A DNA stretch of 64,000 nt from Planctomycetota bacterium. Its GTDB lineage: Bacteria; Planctomycetota; SZUA-567; H5-PLA8. This document shows positions 28,919 through 38,161 of the stretch, piece after piece; positions within the stretch are counted from its first letter, which is position 1, and each line of letters starts with the position of its first letter. The stretch spans positions 79,807-143,806 of the forward strand of contig JBBRPR010000019.1 in NCBI GenBank assembly GCA_038227875.1, given 5' to 3'. The notes under the pieces are model-generated. The model was not told the DNA's origin. It worked only from the letters and a program-made list of their open reading frames with translations, and did no database searches. The position numbers and the translations under genes are program-made.

Positions 28919-29680
28919 ACAGCCCCTCCCTCTTTAGTGAATGCTGGTCAGTGACGCTATACATTGTGCAATAACTGCCTGAAGGGTTCAATGAAATCCA
29001 TATTAAGCTTGCTTGGCGACGCTATCTCCATGTGCAATGTTACGGAATGTTACCGAAAGTTACATGGGCGGGGCTTTTTCTTAGGTGCGCGAGGCGAGAG
29101 CGATGTTGCTCGGTGATTGGCGGAGACTGTCCGGCTAAAAGTGGTCGGTGGTCGGTTGGGGGCGTTCGGCGTGTGCATGTCGGCGTCCTTGGAGTGTCCG
29201 CGCTCGCGCGGTCGGGATCAGTCCGGCGAAAAGTTGTCGGTACGGAAGTGCCGATTGCGGATTGCGAGTGTGGGAGTTTTTGAAGCGCGTGGGCATTGTG
29301 TGCGACTCCGGGCGGCTGAGATGAAGTGCAGGCATTTTTCCGGACCGGAAGCCGGCCGATAATAGCAAGGCCTTGGTTGGATTGACGCGTGTGTTTTTTG
29401 AGCCTGATAAAGATCCAGCGGGAAGAACATCGCATATTTCCCATAGTATATAAGCGGTGATTAAACCCAAAAGTCAAGTCTTTTCTTTGAATTTAGTAAA
29501 AAAGATTTTATAATACACGATGTGCAGGCGCAGCAAGCCTGCGCGGCTGGACTGCGAGGGGTTAGGGTCAGTAGAGGCCCTATTTTCGATTGGGCCGCAT
29601 GGACGGCGTGGCTGAGTTCTCGGCGTTCAAGTGTTCCTATTATATAAAGCAATGATCGACCCCGAAAATCAAGTAGAATC

Positions 29681-29800
29681 TGGCGAATGAGCTAATTTGA
29701 GCTGAAATGAGCGTGTTTGATAGCAAATGAGAGCGAATGAGCAGGAATGAGCGTAAATGAGCGTAAATGAGCACGAATGAGCGTGAATGAGCGGAAACGA
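29681..29800. repeat. Tandem array of 12 x 10-bp degenerate units (consensus GCGTRAATGA)
   Basis: tggcgaatga gctaatttga gctgaaatga gcgtgtttga tagcaaatga gagcgaatga gcaggaatga gcgtaaatga gcgtaaatga gcacgaatga gcgtgaatga gcggaaacga. Confidence 0.9.
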
Positions 29801-29887
29801 GCGAGTGGCACGAATATTATTTTTCGTAGCACTGCCAAATCGCAAACGGCCTCGGGTTACACGGGGCGCGAGGTCCATGCAATCCGC

Positions 29888-30994
29888 TCATTCATCCGTG
29901 ACCGTAATTTCCGCGGCATTGTTGGCGTTCATGAAATGCGAAAACCGTTGAGATCCAATTTTAATCCACGTGCGGCATAGGCCAACTACACTGACTTTTC
30001 CCACGAATCGATTCGGCAGGGTCTCGAAACCATAAACAGTAATCGATTCTCCAGCAGCTAATTCTGTTATCTTCAAATCGATAAAGGATTGACCTTCCGT
30101 ATACCCGGGAGACATCGTCATATTACCGCAAGCGAATTCGGCTACTCCGGCGTGGGACGCGCTTTCGACTACGGAAACCGGCGTATCCCCGCTGTTGGTC
30201 AATGTTCCGACCACTCTGATGAACGCACCTTTCGAATAGGTGTCGTAATCGGTGGTGCACGAAAATCGCAATGCCTTTGTCTCCTTATATAACTCCATAT
30301 TTGGACGTATATGAATGTAGAGTTCATTGGAGACCAGTTCGCCTTCCCACAATTTCAATTGATGATCGGCGGCGTGATTTGAGGTCCACGTCGTTCGAAA
30401 TCTGTAAATTCCCGGATCCATTATTCGGAACGTATGCGATTCACTCCGGCTGGAATGGGCTTCCAGTTCCGCTCCGTAGTGACTGTACCTACCCATGTTA
30501 TTTTCGAAGCCGTAGATCGTCATTAATAGTGGAGCGGGTTCGTCGTGAAAGACCAGCGTGGGTTTCGAATCGTCCGGAGCAGGAATCAAGTTCCCCCAGC
30601 GCTGCGATGGCGCATACACGGCCATTTCGTCCTGGTCCCGCGTAACCAATGGAGAATTTTCGATGATTTTGGAGTCGCTGACGTTCGAGACTTTTTCGAC
30701 AACCACTATGTCTTCGCCTTGTACATAAGCAGTTCTGGACGATGACAATTCCAGCCGCAAGCCATTCGTCGCCATGGATTTTGTTCCGGCTGGCAGTAAC
30801 GACAATGGATCGTCGGGATCATGCGGATGATGCGCATCATCCAAATTGGGAGTCGAAACAACATTTTGTTGCAGGGCAACCGGCCAGGAACCCGTGCCTG
30901 CGATGCGGGACTCAAACAATATGCAGCAAAGGATCACACACCCCACCGCGAGTGCGAGCGCGGTCAGTCGAAAGTAAAGGCCAAAGCGTCCCAT
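29888..30994 (-). CDS. Hypothetical membrane-anchored/secreted protein with two Ig-like-looking modules
   Basis: 368-aa ORF with an N-terminal hydrophobic segment. Repeated pattern GLRLELSSSRTAYVQGEDI / ALRFSCTTDYDTYSKGAFI. LWEGELVSNEL. Confidence 0.7.
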   Translation of the reverse strand: MGRFGLYFRLTALALAVGCVILCCILFESRIAGTGSWPVALQQNVVSTPNLDDAHHPHDPDDPLSLLPAGTKSMATNGLRLELSSSRTAYVQGEDIVVVEKVSNVSDSKIIENSPLVTRDQDEMAVYAPSQRWGNLIPAPDDSKPTLVFHDEPAPLLMTIYGFENNMGRYSHYGAELEAHSSRSESHTFRIMDPGIYRFRTTWTSNHAADHQLKLWEGELVSNELYIHIRPNMELYKETKALRFSCTTDYDTYSKGAFIRVVGTLTNSGDTPVSVVESASHAGVAEFACGNMTMSPGYTEGQSFIDLKITELAAGESITVYGFETLPNRFVGKVSVVGLCRTWIKIGSQRFSHFMNANNAAEITVTDE

Positions 30995-31529
30995 GGTTCT
31001 CTAACGGATTGGATGGAAGGAAATTGCACGAGGACTGGCAGCAACTGCACTCGGCTTTTTCGCTGCGACTGCAAAAACGGTGGATCCATCGGTCGTGCGT
31101 CCGGCATCGCGTGAGCGCAACGGCACTGGTCTCAACGGCGAGACCAGTGGCACCCCTTGAACGCAAGCTGCTTAGAGGGCGTCTATCGCGAGGACGGTAT
31201 CCTGCGTCTAAATTGTCCCTACAGGACAATGCCGACCTCACGACACATTTTCCAGGGCTGCGTCGAAACGCCGCATGCGCGTCGGCTCGGCTTGCATTTC
31301 GCTGATGAAAATGGACCCGTTGGGTCCAACGACACGACGGACTTGGTGGCCGCGCGCAACGCATGCGTCTGTGCCGGAGCAAGACGAGCGCGATGGTCCG
31401 CGGCCGGGCTGTACGGGCTGGTTGGCGCGAGCAAACAGGGTGGAAGAAAATTCCATATTTCTTCGCATCGATTTTCGACTTCGGGAGTCCAAGCTTCCGG
31501 CTTAATCGAGGGACTGAGGAGAACGCACT

Positions 31530-32477
31530 ATGTTTGCACGTTGGAAAATGGTGGCCACAATTACGGTTACGCTGCTGCTTCTGGCTCTCGCGAGTCGGCT
31601 GCCTTTGTCGGCGTGCCTGCATATGTCGCACGGCTATTCTGGCAAGATTTCGCAACCGACGCAGGAGGGCGTTATTTTCTTCACTGGCAACCGTGAGGAA
31701 TTGGTGCTGCGCTCGACCTATAAGATCGTCGGTGAAAAACCGCCGGAACAGCTCGCCTGGGTGATGACGGTTCCAACGCTGCCCGACAGTTACCACGTTG
31801 CCGATAAAAAACTGTTCGCGGAGCTCCGCACATGGGCCAGCCAGTGGGAGCCGAAACCGCAAGCCACAAAAGACCTTGCGCTCGCCGCCAATTCAGCGCC
31901 ACTGGAACTGGCGCCCAAGGTCAACGTCGGGCCTTATGAAATTCAGCCGATTAAAGCGCGCGGCGCGGAGGCGCTCACTGCACTGAACGAGTGGTTCACA
32001 CAAAACGGTTTCACGCCAGTGCCCCCCGAACACATGACGTACTTCGTGAACAACAATTTCACGTTTCTGGCTGTGAAGACCAAGCCGAAAGCCGACGATT
32101 TCAAGAGCGGCGAAGTCAGTGAACTGCCGCCGCTACAGATTTCTTTTGCCACGGACAAGCCCTATTATCCGCTCAAGTTTTTTGCCAAGCAGGGCAACAT
32201 TTCCCTGCGGCTGTATTTGTTCACGGCCAGCGAATTGGACCTGAACGCTTCCAAGGAGACGATGACGCTGCTCCACGCCACGCAGAATCACGGCGTGAAC
32301 CGAAAGCTGAAAACGTCCAGCCTGTCCGCATCCCTGACTGCGGTACTTCCACAAGAGAAGAGCGGCGACGGCAAAGGCGCAGCAGAATGGTATTTGAATA
32401 TTCTCGAGGCCAATAACTTCAACACAGACGAAGCGATGATGAAATGGGAGAAGGACGTTTTTTTCAGCGTGAAATGA
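31530..32477 (+). CDS. DUF2330-like secreted protein
   Basis: Signal peptide ending SAC, REELVL, AWVMTVPTLP, VGPYEI, LNEWFTQNGF, FLAVK, LPPLQISF..YYPLK. RBS GAGGAG. Confidence 0.75.
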   Translation: MFARWKMVATITVTLLLLALASRLPLSACLHMSHGYSGKISQPTQEGVIFFTGNREELVLRSTYKIVGEKPPEQLAWVMTVPTLPDSYHVADKKLFAELRTWASQWEPKPQATKDLALAANSAPLELAPKVNVGPYEIQPIKARGAEALTALNEWFTQNGFTPVPPEHMTYFVNNNFTFLAVKTKPKADDFKSGEVSELPPLQISFATDKPYYPLKFFAKQGNISLRLYLFTASELDLNASKETMTLLHATQNHGVNRKLKTSSLSASLTAVLPQEKSGDGKGAAEWYLNILEANNFNTDEAMMKWEKDVFFSVK

Positions 32478-32527
32478 GCAAGCGGCAGTCAACCGCTGTG
32501 CGAGGCGCGGCCATTGCGATAATTGGC

Positions 32528-33379
32528 TTATTGTTTTGGACCCGATCCGGCATCGGCGTTTTTGAGTTGAGTCAATTTTTCCTCCGCGCTTTTGAGCAGG
32601 CGGGCGAAGCGGTCGGCGAAGGCCTTCTCACTCGCGGCATCCGTGCGCCAGTTGCAATATTCACGCAGGCGCTTCATGCGTTCGGATAGTTTTTGGGGAT
32701 CCATGAATGCCCTGGACTGGATCACATTGACGACACTGGAAACTGTGGTGGCCTCGGCAAGCGCAAGTTCGGCGTTGTCCAAGGCCTCGCTGTCCCGGCC
32801 GAGGTTCGAGCAGATCATGGCTCTGGATAGGTAGATCGCAAATTTAGTACTCGAATTACCAGCCGGAACCAACACGATTAATTCACTGCTCTTTTCATAA
32901 GCCAGCTCCAAGTCTGCTTTCATGTTGGCATCGGTTTCAATGTAGGGAATTGCCTGCAAGGAATTGAGTTCGCCCAGGATCGAATCGGCGGGGCTGTTTT
33001 TCGCCACCGATTTTTGAAGTTCTCCCCAGCGCTTGTCGTCGTGCAGGCTGACCAGGTCGGGATCTTCATTCATATATTTTGACTGGAAGAATCCAAATCG
33101 TGCGGCCTTCCAAATATCGACAAATGCATCCTCCTTATTTCCGACCCGGGCTTCGGCGCACGCGAGGTAATAGAAGGCCCAATCGTAGTGCGTCATGCGC
33201 TTGGCGTATTCCTGGCACTTTACGAGCATGACTGGGAAGTCTTTGTTTTCATGGGCGAGGAGAATTTCTTGGAGCAGGGCCGCTTTGGACGGCGTGGCTT
33301 TGGCGTCGTTCTCGGCAAATGCTTTGAACGAAAGTAGGGCCGCGACGAGGAGCGGTATGCTCAAAATCAATTTTGACAT
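32528..33379 (-). CDS. Secreted TPR-like hypothetical protein
   Basis: Signal peptide from MSKLILSIPLL, YYLACAEARVGNKEDAF...GF...DPDLVSLHDDKRW (TPR end-of-group pattern). Confidence 0.7.
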   Translation of the reverse strand: MSKLILSIPLLVAALLSFKAFAENDAKATPSKAALLQEILLAHENKDFPVMLVKCQEYAKRMTHYDWAFYYLACAEARVGNKEDAFVDIWKAARFGFFQSKYMNEDPDLVSLHDDKRWGELQKSVAKNSPADSILGELNSLQAIPYIETDANMKADLELAYEKSSELIVLVPAGNSSTKFAIYLSRAMICSNLGRDSEALDNAELALAEATTVSSVVNVIQSRAFMDPQKLSERMKRLREYCNWRTDAASEKAFADRFARLLKSAEEKLTQLKNADAGSGPKQ

Positions 33380-33422
33380 GTGAGAAATCCCCTCGGAAAC
33401 AGCAATCACTTTGCCCGGCGCA

Positions 33423-35897
33423 TCAATATCCGAAATTTGCAGCGACTGACCAGATGCCGGCGCCGACGGTATTTTCTTTGCCAACCATTACGGCGCCACC
33501 ATTGGCGGAATTCGCCGCTCCATCGGTGCGAGTCCAGACGATCGGCTTGGGATCTATCAACGTGACGCTATCCGCCGCGACCCAGCGATTTTCCTCAAAT
33601 ATCATGTCGAAACTGGAGTTATAGCGCGTAGTACTTTTCTTTCCCGATTCGGCATCCAGCACCTCCGTTTCACACGAATAGACAATCGCAGCCCGGTCGC
33701 CGGACAAGCGAATACCTTCGAGACGCGGCGCATCTTTTGAGAAGTAGTTTGCGCGCCAGGTGCGGTAGCTCAGCGCATCCAGGGGCGTGCCTGCTTTGAG
33801 GTTGTATTGTTCGATGAGGGACGCAATTGCCTTGGGGTTACCGACGGCGGCAGCCTTTTGACTTTCAAACACCTTCGATTGGGTGTCGTAATGAGTGCGC
33901 CGGCTCGCGCACCAGAAGTCACGGTACGCGGTCTCCACATCGCCCGAGCAGCCGGCTTTAAAATAGGCCTCGCAGCGGCTGCGCAAACCGCTGAGCTCCG
34001 CTTCGGCGTAATTGTATTTAATGATTCGATTCGCGCGCTCGCGAAATTCGGAAGTAGTGTGCCCGGCGGCGAGATCGGACAGTACCTTGATGGCAGCGAT
34101 GCCGCCCTTTTGCAGAGCTTTTTCGGCGGCTTCCCGGGCATCGAATTCGGCTGAATCCAGTTCTTTGGCGTGCGCGGTCAACGCCTTCCGCTCGTCATCG
34201 CTGATTTGTGCGGCTTGCACCAGCTGCTGGATCCGCGACTCCAAAAATTTGAGCGCACCCGCGGCCAGTTCCTCGGGAGAAGGAATATCCAAATCCCGGA
34301 TCACCGATGAATTCAGCCGGTCCATGATATAGGGAGTGGCTGTAATGGTCAGCATCCTGGATTGCTCGTTGTAGGAGACATCCATGCCACGCTTCAACGA
34401 CAGGAGTCGCCTGTGGATCACGCCAGGATAATTGGGCAATCTCGCACCTTCGAATTCGCCGATGTACTCGACTTCCGAACGGGCGGCCGGGAGATCTTGA
34501 TCCGTATCGTCGTATTTAGTCTCATCCAAAATCACTTTGGCATAGGTGTCGAGAAGGGAGAGCCGTGCTTCAAATGGAACACTGTTCAATGAATTTTGAT
34601 AGATGCTGCCACACGGATGCTGAAGTTTGAATTGGCGTGTGATCAACATTTCTGGCAACAACTTCAACCGGGTAGAAAGAAAGATGCCGTCCTTTCGATA
34701 ACTGATTTCATATCCACGGTAGTCGTCGACCAATTGACCCAGGATCATTGCCAGAGGCAGCGGCGCGCTGGTTGTAAACGATTTGACCTCGGGGGCCGTT
34801 GAGCCAACTTGACCTGCACCCCTCGTAAGCGAGCCCGTGGCAAGATTAATCTGCGCAATCTGGCCGGGCGTTAAAAACGCCTGAGCGCGGGCCCTTGTGA
34901 GGGCGGAGTTCATCGACATGCTGTACTTTACAGAAATCGCAGAAACGCCATCGGTCCGCAGGTCGGTTTTGCAATCTGGATCGACGTAAATCGCGACCCC
35001 GGTTTGAGACGTAAAATCCGCAAAGACTTCGGCGAGCGTTTTATCGTGGATGTCGACGGTTACGAACTTCTGCCACGCCTGCTTGAGCGTCGCCTCATCC
35101 TGCAATGGCGGGAGATACAGGTCTGCCTTGATTTCTGGAGTGCTCTCGTTGCCTCGCACCATGGCGAAGAGTCCGCCACCCAGCACTGCAAGGATCGCGA
35201 CTTGTGCCGCCCATGATTTTGCGCGCGCCCAGAACATCATCTTGATCGTCGCTTTCGATACGGCGCCCGCGGCGTGAATATCCGCAAGAGCAACCTGGGT
35301 GAGTGCGGCGGCATTTGAGGGCGCGCACGCTTCGCCGATGGACAACATCGCCGGCACGATCGCGATGGGAAGTTTCTCCTCGGCGAAGTGCCGTTGCAGC
35401 TTTTCCAATGCCCGGGAGGCGCGCTTCTCGGCGGCTTCCTCCGAGATTTTCAGGATTGATGCGACCTCTTTGAGTTTGCGTCCTTCCACGATCTTCAGCA
35501 GCACCGCTTTGCGTTCGTCGGACGAAAGCCGCCCGAGGCCTTCATCCAGAATCGCGGCGGTAAGAACGCCGGTGTCGCGTCCAATCTGGACGCCAGCCAG
35601 TTCCGTCGCCTGTCGTTCGGTCCGGCGGCGGCGCGATTCCTGTTTGAGTACATTGGCGCAGGCGAATCTGGCGGTGCGGATCAGCCAACCCGAAAGCACC
35701 GTGTCGGAACTCAGCGAGCGCGCTTTACAGGCCAAGACCACGAACGTGGCCTGCGCGGCGTCCTCGCACAAATGCGCATCCCCGAGTTGCCTGTGGCAGA
35801 GCATCCTCACGAAATTTGCGTAACGACGGACGATCTCCTCAAACGCCTCTTCCGAGCCGTTCCTGACGAACTCCTGCAGCAGGCCCCAATCGTTCAT
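33423..35897 (-). CDS. ECF sigma-70 factor with TM segment and large extracytoplasmic extension
   Basis: MNDWGLLQEF..SEEAFEEIVRRY, EDAAQATFVVLA, LSGWL, region 4 KLKEVASILKISEEAAEKRASRALEKL, TM VAILAVLGGGLFAMV. Confidence 0.88.
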   Translation of the reverse strand: MNDWGLLQEFVRNGSEEAFEEIVRRYANFVRMLCHRQLGDAHLCEDAAQATFVVLACKARSLSSDTVLSGWLIRTARFACANVLKQESRRRRTERQATELAGVQIGRDTGVLTAAILDEGLGRLSSDERKAVLLKIVEGRKLKEVASILKISEEAAEKRASRALEKLQRHFAEEKLPIAIVPAMLSIGEACAPSNAAALTQVALADIHAAGAVSKATIKMMFWARAKSWAAQVAILAVLGGGLFAMVRGNESTPEIKADLYLPPLQDEATLKQAWQKFVTVDIHDKTLAEVFADFTSQTGVAIYVDPDCKTDLRTDGVSAISVKYSMSMNSALTRARAQAFLTPGQIAQINLATGSLTRGAGQVGSTAPEVKSFTTSAPLPLAMILGQLVDDYRGYEISYRKDGIFLSTRLKLLPEMLITRQFKLQHPCGSIYQNSLNSVPFEARLSLLDTYAKVILDETKYDDTDQDLPAARSEVEYIGEFEGARLPNYPGVIHRRLLSLKRGMDVSYNEQSRMLTITATPYIMDRLNSSVIRDLDIPSPEELAAGALKFLESRIQQLVQAAQISDDERKALTAHAKELDSAEFDAREAAEKALQKGGIAAIKVLSDLAAGHTTSEFRERANRIIKYNYAEAELSGLRSRCEAYFKAGCSGDVETAYRDFWCASRRTHYDTQSKVFESQKAAAVGNPKAIASLIEQYNLKAGTPLDALSYRTWRANYFSKDAPRLEGIRLSGDRAAIVYSCETEVLDAESGKKSTTRYNSSFDMIFEENRWVAADSVTLIDPKPIVWTRTDGAANSANGGAVMVGKENTVGAGIWSVAANFGY

Positions 35898-36083
35898 TCC
35901 AACCTCTATGATAAAGCGTACGCCGGGAGGAAAACGGCGACATGATTATAAAATAATTTTCGTTGGGGTCGGCGTGTGATCCCAACAGGCTTTAAATGAG
36001 CGCAGCGGAAGGCGCAGGCGTGGGCGTTGCTGCTCGTACTACTGCACAATCATACGGGCCGTCGCAGTCAACAGCTCCAGATT

Positions 36084-36911
36084 TCAGCGGACGGTGCGCT
36101 GGTAGTACTTGCTTGGGGCGAGGCCGATGCGTTTGCGGAAGATGCGGCTGAAGTAGTAAATGTTTTCGAAGCCGCTCATCGCGGCGACGGTTTTGACGGG
36201 GAGCGTGGTGTTGGTGAGCAGTTCGCGGGCGCGAGAGAGGCGGGCGTCGATCAGGTCGTCGATGGGCGCGACGCCGAAGCTTTCGCGGTAGAGCGCAGCG
36301 AAGCGCGAGGGGCTCAGGTTGGCGCGTTGCGCCATCGCGGGGATCGTCCAACGCTTGCTCAGGTTTTGATGGACGTCGGTGCGCAGCGCGTGCAGGACGT
36401 CGTTCATCTCGGCGCGATGGTGTTTGCGGTTGCCGCTATTCGCTCCAGCGGCAACCGCATTTCTGCCGGCGAGCAGCAGCAGTTCCTCCAGCGCCAGCGA
36501 GGCGCGCGTTTCCCAGAAGCGTTCATGGCCCAGCAATTCCTGACGGATGCGCTCCAGGCAGCGCAGTAACTGCTCGGGATGCCGCGGATACATCAGGCAG
36601 TTGCGCGGGACGCCATAGTGCGCCGCCAGCTGCGGCGCGCGGCGGCCGTGAAAGTGAACGAAGCTGTTATCCAATATTCCCTGCTGCCGATGCGCGTTAA
36701 CACCCCAGTAGAGATGCTGGTGGCCGGGCGTGTAGTAGATGCAGGCGCCCGCGCCGGTGTAATGGACTTCTTCAGAGCCGCCGAAGATGACGGCGACGGG
36801 CGCGTGAAACATGAGGAAAACAAAATCGCCGGAGCCGCGCGGGCGATGGATTTTAAAGTCCGGTCCGGCTCGCGTGTGAACTCCGGCAGATCCAAACTGG
36901 AATGAGACCAT
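36084..36911 (-). CDS. AraC-family transcriptional regulator
   Basis: WTIPAMAQRANLSPSRFAALYRESFGVAP...VAAMSGFENIYYFSRIFRKRIGLAPSKY. Confidence 0.93.
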   Translation of the reverse strand: MVSFQFGSAGVHTRAGPDFKIHRPRGSGDFVFLMFHAPVAVIFGGSEEVHYTGAGACIYYTPGHQHLYWGVNAHRQQGILDNSFVHFHGRRAPQLAAHYGVPRNCLMYPRHPEQLLRCLERIRQELLGHERFWETRASLALEELLLLAGRNAVAAGANSGNRKHHRAEMNDVLHALRTDVHQNLSKRWTIPAMAQRANLSPSRFAALYRESFGVAPIDDLIDARLSRARELLTNTTLPVKTVAAMSGFENIYYFSRIFRKRIGLAPSKYYQRTVR

Positions 36912-37047
36912 CCCGCGTGCTCCTCAAAATCAGTTGAATAGGTCAATTAGTTAGCGGCATCGTCCATTTATCTCATAGTCGTCGATCAGGTATAATCAAT
37001 CAGTGATTGGAGTATAGAACAAAGCATTGATTCTTCGAGGAGATCTC

Positions 37048-37938
37048 ATGTATCTGAATGAAATGCAAGCGTGCTTCGACCGCGATGGCTTTGTGCACTT
37101 AAAAGGCGCAATTGGTGCCGACGAATTGGCGGAGTTGCGAAACGAAACGGGACGCATGATCGAGGAAGGCTGGCGCGGCAAGGAGCCGAAGCAGCACTAT
37201 TTTCATACCGCCGATCCGGGGTCGGGGGAAGACGTGTTTCATCGCATTCAGTTTCTTTTTCCCAAGGCGCAACGCAGCCCCAATCCCTTTCTGGCCTTGC
37301 TGGGACATCCGCGCTTGCTGGACGCGGTCGCCCAATTGCATCGGGGATTCCATTCCTGCATTTCCGGGGAGGCCCTCGTTTTCAAAACGCCGCGCAACGG
37401 GTTGGCGGTGCCCGTCCATTGCGATGGCGCAGAGTGGCAGCCAGGCATCACGCCGCGCGAAATCTTTTTTAATGTCGATGTCTACCTGGACGATGCGACG
37501 CCAGAAAATGGCTGTTTACTCGCCGTGCCGGGAAGTCATCTGCGCCCGGCCAGAGAACTGCTGCGAAAGGGCTTCGACATTCCGTCGCTCATCCCCGTTC
37601 CCACGAAGGCGGGCGATGTGGTCATCCACAACACACGTGTCATTCACGGTTCGCACGCCAGCCGCTCGGCGTCGCTGCGCCGCACGATCTACTATGAATT
37701 CCGAACAGTGGAATGGATGTCGAGCCCCGAGCATGCGGCGCTTATGGGCATGCCAGGCCGGGATATGAGGCCGTGGATCAAGGCGCGGATGAGTCTTTTG
37801 AAGCACGCCATCGCGCTGCGCAAATCCTGTCCATACGGCGCTGGTGAACCGCCGACTGCGTTTCAGATTCCGGAAGATTGGCTCACGAATGCGGGCGAGC
37901 TGAATCTCGCGCCGACATTTGGCGGGAGTCACTTTTGA
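37048..37938 (+). CDS. Phytanoyl-CoA dioxygenase (PhyH) family protein
   Basis: FDRDGFVHL, VHCD (HxD), YLDDATPENGCLLAVPGSH, AGDVVIH..VIHGS, RRTIYYEF. RBS GAGGAG. Confidence 0.9.
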   Translation: MYLNEMQACFDRDGFVHLKGAIGADELAELRNETGRMIEEGWRGKEPKQHYFHTADPGSGEDVFHRIQFLFPKAQRSPNPFLALLGHPRLLDAVAQLHRGFHSCISGEALVFKTPRNGLAVPVHCDGAEWQPGITPREIFFNVDVYLDDATPENGCLLAVPGSHLRPARELLRKGFDIPSLIPVPTKAGDVVIHNTRVIHGSHASRSASLRRTIYYEFRTVEWMSSPEHAALMGMPGRDMRPWIKARMSLLKHAIALRKSCPYGAGEPPTAFQIPEDWLTNAGELNLAPTFGGSHF

Positions 37939-38161
37939 CGCGCTACTTCTTGGCTGCGGCGCCGGGGTCGTAGAGTTCGGTGTGTTCGGCACAGGCGGCG
38001 GACAGTGGAGGGAGTTCGCTGGCGCGCAATGAAAAGGTCGTTGCAAAAATCACCAACGCGAAGCTCAGTGCAGCATGAATTGAACGCGAGAACTTAACGG
38101 TCATGGTGCGAAATCTCCCTGGGCAGGAGCGCAGAATATGACAGCGCTGCCATCCAAACAG

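Noticed and set aside
29400..29680. Replication origin
   Set aside because: AT-rich, but I found no clustered DnaA boxes (TTATCCACA) and no dnaA or rep gene nearby.
29681..29800. Possible CRISPR array
   Set aside because: The units are 10 bp and contiguous, with no 23-47-bp repeats, unique spacers or cas genes.
29040..29878. Short ORFs in the intergenic kilobase, including 29669..29878 with HSCSF repeats
   Set aside because: No RBS or motif support. The peptide periodicity is a by-product of the 10-bp DNA repeat.
30995..31529. Structured RNA or small gene in the 530-bp divergent spacer
   Set aside because: No recognisable riboswitch, repeat or convincing ORF by eye.
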